The notes below the pieces were generated by a model. The model was given only the letters and a program-made list of their open reading frames with translations. It was not told where the DNA came from and did no database searches. From Chlorokybus atmophyticus (taxonomy: Eukaryota > Plantae > Mesostigma and Chlorokybus algae), in the NCBI GenBank assembly GCA_009103225.1, contig RHPI01002048.1, positions 1-64,000 of the forward strand: 64,000 nt of DNA. The letters are read 5' to 3'. This document shows, in pieces, positions 1 to 9,296 of the stretch (position 1 is the stretch's first letter; each line of letters opens with the position of its first letter). The position numbers and the translations under genes were made by a program.

Positions 1-281
1 CACAATGTGTTTCACGTGAGTGTAATGAAACCGTATCGTTCTGACGGTCGGGTTCAACCTCCTCCACCCCCCGTTGCAGTGGATGCAACGATACTTTCGA
101 GTATGAGGTGGAAGCAGTCCTAAGTCATCGTAAGCCTCGGCGCGGACGCGCGCCGTCTTACTTGGTGAAATGGAAAGGGTATGGTGTTGAACACAATACA
201 TGGGAGCCCGAAAGGAATCTTACCAACTGCCAAAAGATTCTTCGGGGGTACTGGAGTACGGTGTCCACACGCGAACGGTAA
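1..281 (+). mobile_element. 3' end of Ty3/gypsy (chromovirus) pol: integrase C-terminus plus chromodomain, with a frameshift
   Basis: Frame 1 reads HNVFHVSVMKPYRSDGRVQPPPP (integrase tail). After an apparent 1-nt deletion near 85-90, the next frame reads EYEVEAVLSHRK...YLVKWKGYGVEHNTWEPERNL, a typical chromodomain, ending at TAA 279-281. Confidence 0.93.
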
Positions 282-403
282 AAGGGTGCTGGCAGACATC
301 TTTACCGTTTCGGCCCTGGTTCTCTCACTGCTTTCGTTTCTTTACTCGTGGTGGGGCTTTGCTAACCCTTCAATGAGGACATTGAAACCTAAGTGGGGGG
401 GAA

Positions 404-839
404 TGTAACGGTGTGCTACCTCCATAGAGGTTCCCCGCCCTTATTTAGGATTAAATAAGGGTCCCAACGGGATTATACAGTCTATTAAGCCATATTAGGG
501 CCGTTAACCTAGTGTTAAGGCCCTAATGTAGTGTTACTTAATTGTAACACTGATATCGACATGAGACATGAGTCTCATGTCGATATCAGCCGTATGGCGG
601 CGCTGCTAACGCAGCGGCCGCCATAGCCAGGGGATCTTCTGCTCCGGCAGATTCCCCTGGCGGCGGCGGCGGTGGCGTCGTGGCTGGTGGTGGTGTTGGG
701 GTAGGGGATTAAAGGGAGGAGGGGGCACACCCCCTCTAGTCTCTTTACACTGTCACAAATTGGGATAAACTGTGATAGACCTCACTCATGGTAGTGTCTT
801 TTACTACCATAGCCTAGTTGTCGGGCCCCAATTGTTACA
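404..839 (+). mobile_element. 3' LTR of the chromovirus element
   Basis: Polypurine tract AAGTGGGGGGGAA (391-403) is directly followed by TGTAAC at 404. The LTR ends in the inverted GTTACA at 834-839. The end point is inferred because the 5' LTR is outside the window. Confidence 0.8.
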
Positions 840-1258
840 ATAGTAACGGAGCTTGACGTCTCAGGTTCAATTCCCGTAAGGGATGGAGGCAGATCCAAGG
901 CAAAACCAAAAACATTTGGGGCGGCTTGCCCTGGGCTGGGCGCGGGATCACGACCTGCGCGCTGAGCCAGTTCAACCTAAGGCCGCGTGAGCGGTCGCGC
1001 TGCGATGGCAGATCGCGCGATGAGGATGGCCGTTCGGTCGGTCAGGACCATTTGTGGGCCGGATTTAACAGGCCGCGGGCAGACCAATTGTGGTACGGTC
1101 GCGAACACGGCGACGTGGGCTAGTGCCTTATTGGATTATGAGGAACTCATGGGTTAAATTGGGGAGGAGTGTCAAAAATTGGGATAATTTGTGACAAACC
1201 TCACTCATGGTAGTGTCTTTTACTACCATAGCCTAGTGGTCGGGCCCCAATTGTTACA
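751..1258 (+). mobile_element. TRIM-like non-autonomous LTR mini-element sharing its left repeat with the chromovirus LTR
   Basis: 89-bp direct repeats at 751-839 and 1170-1258 (6 mismatches by hand), both TG...CA. PBS-like TAGTAACGGAGC at 841-852 and PPT GGGGAGGAG at 1161-1169. The interior is non-coding and no local TSD is visible. Confidence 0.6.
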
Positions 1259-1400
1259 GTTATGATGCACTGTCAATGCCACATGCTAGGGTTCTTTTAT
1301 CTTGCACGTGCACAGCCTCAAGTATCTTGCACATGACATACACTGTCAATACCACATGCACACCCTCATGCACAGCCTCCAGTGTCATTCACATGAACAG

Positions 1401-1869
1401 CATGACCAATCTCGCAAATGCACGACGTATTTCTACTTGCGGGAGCTCACAAGTCGCAAAAGAGAAGCTGCAAAGTACCACGAACGGGTGATCCATGACC
1501 TAGTTTAATGTTTCCAGCAGCAATTAAGCAGTATGCTTGCAGATTGCCATGTTGGTCAGAGTGAACCGAGAGCAGCGCGGCAGGCTGATTGTCTGCCTGG
1601 CGGAGTGCAACAAAGTGGAAGACGAGGTAAGCATGTGTATGCTGATGGGCTAGTCCTCTGGCAGCACGCCACTCTTACAGCATTACCAAATGCAAGTGGT
1701 CACACTCAAAGCGACCATCAAGCGCATGCGCGTGCACGGCGAGGCGCTGACATTCAAGCTAAAGAACAAAGTAGCCGCTGTACTGTCAGCGAGCGAGGCA
1801 GCAGATGAAGATGACTCCGATGTTGAAGCAGAAGACTTGTCGGAGGAGGAACATGAGGAGGGGGGTTGA
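1401..1869 (+). pseudogene. 3' remnant of a spliced gene (coiled-coil plus acidic tail), cut off upstream by the LTR element
   Basis: Phase-0 exons 1401-1487, 1543-1626 and 1696-1869 give HDQSRK...IAMLVRVNREQ...VVTLKATIKRMRV...DEDDSDVEAEDLSEEEHEEGG*. The last acceptor reads CAA instead of CAG. Confidence 0.45.
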
Positions 1870-3226
1870 GGAGGAGCTCTAAGGCAAGCGCCACGGGTTG
1901 ACAAGCTGTGTGCATGAGTGCGACAGCTAGACTCAATGTTATAGGGTAGTTTCATGCGCAAGTCGGCTGCCCAGTTGCAAGTGGACACTCTCACCACTGC
2001 CAGTACATTGTATATATTGTGGGCTTATAGGTGCAAGACCAAACAATCAGTCCAAGGTTTGTACAAGCTGCATGGCATGTTAGTGTTGGCTTACGGCAAA
2101 AATTGCCAACTTTTGTTAAACGGTAAGGGTCACATATAAAAAGCAATGTAACGGCAAAGAAAGTGCCGGCTATTGCTGTCAGCTGTCCGTAACTACCGGC
2201 TAACGGCCGTCTGTGCACATCGACCAAAGGGTAACTAGTTGACAACTCTTGGCCGGTCAGTGCCACTGACAACCACTTTCGGCCCGCGGCCGTCTGCTTC
2301 AATCCACTCAAGCCAATGGCAAACCCAATAGTTCAAAGGTAACATTTCAGGCAGCGGCAGGCAGGCTCAAGCACCCGTCAGTCCCTCAGTCCTTAGTCAG
2401 TCACCGTGTCACCGAGAATTTGCAACAATGTATCGACAATATGGCAAAGGAAAAACGCATGCACGTGATCAATCAAGCATTGTAATGATAACAAGCAGGG
2501 TCCGTGTTTGACTTGCTACTCTTAACTGTTTATTGCACGGTACACCTACATGTTTGCAAGATTCAAAAGATCAAACTAGCTGAAAGCGTGTCTTGTTCAT
2601 ATTTGTAACCAAAAGCGCAATAAGTTATTTCGGCTTTTACGCAAGTCGTGTTATTTACGCAATGGACTTTTGCTCTGCATTTGTGTGCCGTTTCAGAATA
2701 TTGTGAACGAGAGTAAAAGTGTTACCATCGCTGTCTTGTCATCTGTGCTTAAGAGCTAAGAATGCATCAAATGTGTCGCGCTTGAGCATGTGGAGCTCAA
2801 ATAAGGCGGTGTATATGTTTTGTTTAAACTCGATGAGACGCCTTGTCAACCTTAAGTAAGAGTAGCAGGGTGTATACAAAAGTGTATTATATTTAATGGT
2901 GTATAACGATTGTGTGCACGTGATACTTGTGCTGATGAAGAGTCATAAAGGCTTCAGTACTAAAATGGCTGTTTGGCAAAGAGATCAGGTTGTTGAGCAC
3001 GGTGTTAAATGGCTTGATGCATTGGCTGTTGAAATCACAGGCGGTTGTGCAACAGAACTTTTTAAAGCATAAATGGCAAGGTAACGACCAACAGTTGGTC
3101 CATTGATAACTTACTGATTAAATCATCAACTGGCAAGTGGTATTGCGCATTTCAAGCGCCACGCACATAAAGCATTTAGGAATAAACCATCAATTGTCAG
3201 ATAGTTCAACTGATAACAAGTGTTAA

Positions 3227-6200
3227 CACTAGGGATGTAGCTTAATGTACACTGAAGTGTACAATTAAGTGATCTTGTGGGCACAGTCATTATATATGGA
3301 ATATGATGATTGAGCCCTTGAGATATCTATCCTTTTCTTTTAACCCATTGGACTATCTACTAAAAGTAGTTTCATCTCATTTGGATCAGTTATGCATGAG
3401 ATACAATAGATAGAGTAAGGATTTTAGTACTTTTTATTGTACACTTAAGTGTACAGTTATGCAAGTAATATGATGTGGTCTCAACTCATCCGGGTTGAGT
3501 TGGACGTTGGGTTTGAGGTGTTGGGTGACTGTATTGGGTCTAGTAGAGCACTTTCACATACTGAGTCCTACTAACTCCTCTTATGCCCGGAGTTACACTT
3601 GTTGGCAAATACGCATGCGCACGCATCAAATGTCAAATTCTGGCACAATGTGCACCTAACATTATAAGTGTTGTATACATAAGTGTTCTATGCATAAGGA
3701 AGCATTCAAGAACATCACTTAAGGCCGTAGGCACACTACTAGCAAGTGTATACAAGCTCAACCAAGTTTAGCCTACACTTGTGAAGCGGATCCGCTTGGG
3801 TCCAACATCCAAGCCGTGGATGTTGCGCTCGACATGGTAGCATCGGAAGCAACCCGGATTGCATAGCCTAACCCCGCATTGCTCACACCAAAAGAGTGAG
3901 CGCTTGCCACGAGCACCAGTCCCACGCATGTCAGCAGCACACACCAAACAGTACCGCTGCTGACGAGAAGGATGCGGTGTGGGGAAGTGCTTGCCAGTGT
4001 ATCTGCCAGTGGGGTCTGCACGCTCAGCAGCGGTTCTGGTCATGGTGAAGGGAGCGCCGTCCAACATGTTGTCCACGATTGGCCCTGCAGCTCGATGATG
4101 AAGTCGATGTGGGCTGCATCAGGGTGTGCATGGTTGTAGATGATCCAAGCGTTGGTGACTGCGCCGTCAAAGAGCCCCCGAAAAGCCCTGTGCCACCACT
4201 TCAACGCTACACTAGTTTGCTGCGTGCTATAGCAATACGCTAAGCAAAGCCTATCATACTAATCAACAGCGTCCTTGTAGCTATTGTACTGAATGGCTAT
4301 GGAAGGGCAATCAACACCAACACGGTGGCCATCAGATTGCAACCTACTGACACTACTCATTGCAACCCCATGACTGGTCGAGAGAAAGTTTACAGGCCTT
4401 TTATCCATCCATTGCACAGCAATTAATCCACTTGACGGACTTATAGCACACACAGTGGTTCCTTGCGTACAGCGTGGTGGTAGTGATAGTAAATGTGCAG
4501 GATAGCCCTTCCTGTTAGTAACTATAGTTCCAGTAGCATTGTGACCATGTGCTTTGATCCATAATAGTAACTTAGGGCTAGTGAAACCTCTGTCCAAATA
4601 GATATCGTGTTGTTGACCAAGCAGCTCAGCAAGTAGCTGCTGAACCACCACTGTGTGTAAGTCAGGACATTTAAGTTTATCGTATATAATGAAGTCGTGA
4701 CAGTAGTAGGTATTAGCGTCATTGACTGGAAAGATTTATATCCCAAACTTGTACGATGTTTGGTTGAGCTTGTACGGTTTACTTGGGTTATATATGCGCA
4801 CAGGACACATGCGGTTTTTGATAGGGGTAGTACGCTCATCAACAATCAGTTCTTTACCACATCTATACCATTTCTTAAAGTTTTTTGTCAACACACCAAT
4901 GATAGGTAGTATGTGCCATAATTTATATTCTCTACTTTGTTTATCATATGGCCCACACCGGTTGTCATTCAAGTGAAAGTATCTTTTTATTTGTTCAAAC
5001 CGTTCAAGTTTCGTGAAGCGTTCAACGTCAGGATACGTAAGAGCACCATGACTTCCTCTCGACCAATAACACTTTACGCGGTTCATGGGATGCAGGGCCA
5101 TGGCTAAGTTCAAACTAACCCAACGTAAAAGTTCATGCACAGACTGGCTGCCAAGTTCTTCCGATGGGGTTGCTTGCACGCTGATCAGCAGCATACAAGT
5201 TGGTTTGCGACACTACTTGCCAAAAAGAGTACGGTAGAAACAGCAACAAGACTTGTAGTACTACTACTAAAGCGGAGAAAGCCCACTACGATCTCTAATG
5301 CCGATGGGACTAGAACTTCCTTGAAAAGGTTGTGCATGCAGCCACGGGTATGATTCATCAGCACGTCCAGTCCGCCAGTGAATGTTCTCAGCAACATACT
5401 CTTCATCTTCAATGTCATGCCAGCTGTTCATTTACGAACGCAACGGCATACCTTCCAACTCTAGTTCATCATTCTCCGCATCCCCTATGCTCCCCTCATC
5501 CTCCGAATTTGGTTGCTGGCGAGTGCTTTGACGCTGGCGAGGAACACGCCCAGCCCCTTGTTTGGCAGGGCGCCCCATGCGCACACTGTTCCCTCTGCCT
5601 CTCCCTCCACTACCGCCCCTACCACGGCCTCTCCCTGTGCTAAGAACACCATCACTGCCCTCACTATCGCTCCCCTCCTCATCCCCTTCCTCCCCGTCAC
5701 TAGAGCTGCTGCCAGAAGGCGTTGCTGCCTCCGCCTCATTGTTATCATGGTCGTCCATGTCCTCCTCGTCCTCCTCGTCAGATTTTGTGGCCCCACCATC
5801 CTCCCCCCCCACTCCCTCCACCACATCCCTCACACACTGTGCATGCACAGATGCTTGACTTTGAGTGCTTGGCACGAGCCAAGGAGCTATGGTAGCTGCC
5901 TGTAGCTCTAGGCACTGATCATCATACTCAAATACTACCTCCCATCTATCTCTGTTGGGCGTGCCGCCCGATCTAAACTCCTCCACCACTGCCTTGAGCT
6001 TGGTGGTGGTGTAGGCGTTGCCAAACTGTTGCTTGGCCCATTGGACGGTGAAAAATTTGCCGGACTAGCAGATTGCGCCCTACCCAGCCTCTATCCCTCC
6101 CCACGGGCGTCCTTGACCTCCCCGCCATGTCCCCCTCGGACACCGCCGCCAACACCGCCGCCCAGGCCGCCGCCAGGGCCGCCACCCAGCTGTCAGTCAC

Positions 6201-6436
6201 ATTAAAAAACGCGCCAACTTGGCGCGTTTTTGCAAACCTAACCCTAACTTGCAATAGTGATTTCTTACTCATACGTGATGAGAAAATTATGAAACTACTT
6301 TTCCCGTGTCCCTCTCGAAGTTATCTATGCAGCCATGTACATACATGCATGATTATATGTACTTATGGGCTCGATAACACGGGGGCAAGTGGGTCGCTTT
6401 AAATGTACACTTAAGTGTACATTTACATCCCTAGTG
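3227..6436 (-). mobile_element. piggyBac-superfamily DNA transposon with complete ends and a decayed transposase
   Basis: TTAA at 3223-3226 and 6437-6440 flanks 13-bp TIRs CACTAGGGATGTA (3227-3239) and TACATCCCTAGTG (6424-6436). The interior encodes piggyBac transposase motifs. Confidence 0.95.
3768..6128 (-). pseudogene. piggyBac transposase pseudogene (DDD core plus C-terminal Cys-rich domain)
   Basis: Motifs LIVDE...YNPSKPYK..FGI, DIYLDRGFTS, VAVQWMDKRPV-like AVQWMDKRPV, YNSYKDAVD, KWWHRAF and C-terminal CLVC...WCEQCGVRLC...CFRCYH. In-frame stops near 5432, 4736 and 4259, plus several frameshifts. Confidence 0.9.
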
Positions 6437-7120
6437 TTAATCAAAACCATCTCATGTGTAATTTATTTATCAAAGTATATTCGAGACACCACTGACCAGC
6501 GGTGTCTCAGCATAGTCTATTGCAACATTGCCGCGCCGACATGCGTGTGACATTACTATCTAATTTTGAACTGAATTAACATTGAATAAAAGCGATTGTT
6601 GAAAACATTCATATCGTATAAGGATGCTGCAATGAACATGGCATTACATTTGCTCACTAGTAGTGATAATCATTACCATGATGAGTGTTAAGATTTCAAT
6701 CAACGTGCACATCATACAGAATGGGCGCTTTCTGGCACTATTGACATGCCGACATCATGATGTGCTTTGTCAAGCGGTTAGTTGATGATATCACGGAATA
6801 AATATATTTCGCGCATGCCATTGTATAAGTGCTTACATATGAAGTCAATCTCATTAGCATTGCTTTAAACACCGAATTTCAACCATTTTATTTAATTGAT
6901 ACGTATGACGTTTTATATTTTTAGCACGCAATCTTCACATTGAATCATTATATTGATAATCAGTATAACTAATAAGTTATCATGTTTACACCACGGTGGC
7001 AAAACAGGCGATAAATGAGGGGCTTGTATTATGAATATACAGCACATCGCATATGTCTACAAGCAACCTATCATTGTGATGTTGGAATATATAACATTTG
7101 TTATATACCGTATATATAAA

Positions 7121-7121
<1 letters not shown>

Positions 7122-7215
<94 letters not shown>
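7122..7215. repeat. Poly-C homopolymer (about 94 nt, followed by an N)
   Basis: Seen directly. The length may be an assembly or sequencing artefact. Confidence 0.85.
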
Positions 7216-7744
7216 NTCGGGCAAATACGATACATACAAAATCACGTGATGGCTATATATAAAATGTTTTAATTGGTTGACATAAGCATAATCAGATTTA
7301 CAAGGGCTGTTTGCTATGTGCAAGGGCAGGGTAGACTGATACCAGGTTGTGCACCTTTGTCATCGTCAACTTTGTTAATCAAGGTATCTTGTTATATTTA
7401 ATACCTTCTATTTCTTATTTTTAAAAACCCTCTATGTTTAATAGTGGTTCTTAAGAGAATTCATTTATTATTAACCTTCCCTATGTAATTACCTTTTGGG
7501 GAACATCTAACATTTTACTACATGCAGCTAATTGAGACAGCCAAACAGGGTACATCTGCGAGTACTCCGTTGACTTATTCCTTGATCGCTTGGTCTTCGA
7601 GTAGCACGCTGCTGCAGGCTGAGCTGCATTGCTGAGTTTAAAAGATCAAATCTTTTAGCGGTTTTTTAAGCTCTCTTATCGCTCATCGATGCAATGCAGC
7701 ACAGGTAATCGCCAGAGTAGAGAGGCAGATTAGAGAGGCAGATT

Positions 7745-8121
7745 ACCCCTTCTCCCGAAGTTACGGGGTCAATTTGCCAAGTTCCTTCAACATGGTTACC
7801 TCAAACGCCTTAGTATACTCTACTAGTTCACCTGTATCGGTTTAAGGTACGGTCTAGGAGGGGGCTTATGTAGCCACCTACGTTTTTTTACTAGAACTTA
7901 TTTCCAGGAATGCAATGAGGTCAAAAAGTATTAATTCAATCTCATTAATTTAGCTAGATATCAGTATTAAATTAAAGACTTATACTAACTAGACACCATA
8001 TTCGTCATCTTTTTAGCAGGCATTTTTTCTGTAAATTAAAACATTTATAGAATTAAATTTTAAACAGCATCGGTTAGCTTTTTCCCATCGAAAACGGCTT
8101 TTGCCATAAGTCTTAGGGGCC
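7745..8121 (-). pseudogene. Nuclear copy (NUMT) of part of the mitochondrial large-subunit rRNA gene
   Basis: The + strand reads as antisense LSU rRNA: CCCTTCTCCCGAAGTTACGGGGTCAATTTGCCAAGTTCCTTCAACATGG...GCCTTAGTATACTCTAC...CACCTGTATCGGTTT, and later TTTTCCCATCGAAAACGGC...CTTAGGGGCC. The variants and AT-rich insert look mitochondrial or alphaproteobacterial rather than plastid. Confidence 0.8.
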
Positions 8122-9296
8122 AGCAGCAAACAGCACCCATCTACAAGAGGGGAGGAAAGGGGCTAAAAGGTGTGAACTATGCAATAGCTGTGACTGAGAA
8201 TAACAACGTTAACGACAATGAAGACGCCGCTGCTCACAACCCTCCCCTCAACGCCAGTTCACTAAACGGTCCCCGACGATAAGGGTTTAGCCGTTAAATT
8301 TGATCCTTTACGACCATTTACATGTGTGCGTAATGCTGGTCTCAAACCATGTAAGTGACATCATCATGAAGTGAGATATATCTCTTATAATATCATAATA
8401 TCATTCGTTGTTGCTCATGAGTTGAGGTGTGCAAAAGTGTGCAGACGTCTCTGCACCCGGTGCATTGCCGGTGGCATTATTCACATTCATATGCACGTAA
8501 TTTTGCGTGCATATAGGTTGGTTGCTCATGTAGGCTAATGCGAACGTAAGCGAAGGTTATAAAATATGTTGTTTTGTGTTTGTCATTAACTGCCATGTTG
8601 TGTTCTGAACGCTCTATTTATAAACATTACAGTAAAGAGATGCCTTAACACAAGCATTATAACAGACAATAGGTGAGCAACCTAGTATACAAGGCCACAC
8701 TCTGTGGTCGTCTGAGACCACGCCAACTACGCAACAACCGCAAGTTATTCAGTTAGGCAAAGAGGAATGTCGTAGGTATGACTTACATGTATAAACATGC
8801 AGCCCCCGCCCGCTTTCAAGTCACTTGAGCACATGGTGCTTCCCTTGCTTTGTTGTTCAACTCTTAACAACCATTAAAGTTCGATGGTATGTGCGCCGTC
8901 TTGCTGTATGCATCACACCAGTCTATGATATGACATGATAAATGATTCGTACTTATCCTATGCATGATGCAGGTGTTGGATGTATCAGGCGTTCACACAT
9001 GCAGTTGCATACTTTCAGTGGACGCATGCAGCTCAGCAGGTCAACAGCTGCATGCGTTCAGCTGCATGCTCACAATGTGCGCTACGCATACACTGGTCAG
9101 TTCCTCGGTAGTACCGGCGGCGTCGGGGTTGGCGGCGGCGGCGGTTGGGTATTAGTCGCCCTGCACAGCGTTGTCTGGATCGGCGCCGTGAGCATGGTCC
9201 TGCAAGAAGGACGCCTTCGTGCTGAGGTGGCATGGTGCATGGCAGTCTAAGGCCCAGCGTGTCGCCTCCACCGCCGCCGCCGCCGGGTGCAGCCTC

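Noticed and set aside
841-885. B-box-like GGTTCAATTCC and a GTAA tetraloop suggesting a tRNA, SINE or ribozyme
   Set aside because: The A-to-B box spacing is too short, there is no cloverleaf, and no hammerhead or HDV core is present.
7122-7215. 94-nt poly-C, and the G/C runs at 22200, 22432, 43187 and 46047
   Set aside because: They abut Ns or gaps, so their lengths are unreliable and may be sequencing or assembly artefacts. The poly-Pro/Gly ORFs are spurious.
7380-7520. AT-rich stretch that might be a mitochondrial protein gene
   Set aside because: No frame on either strand gave a recognisable motif, even reading TGA as Trp.
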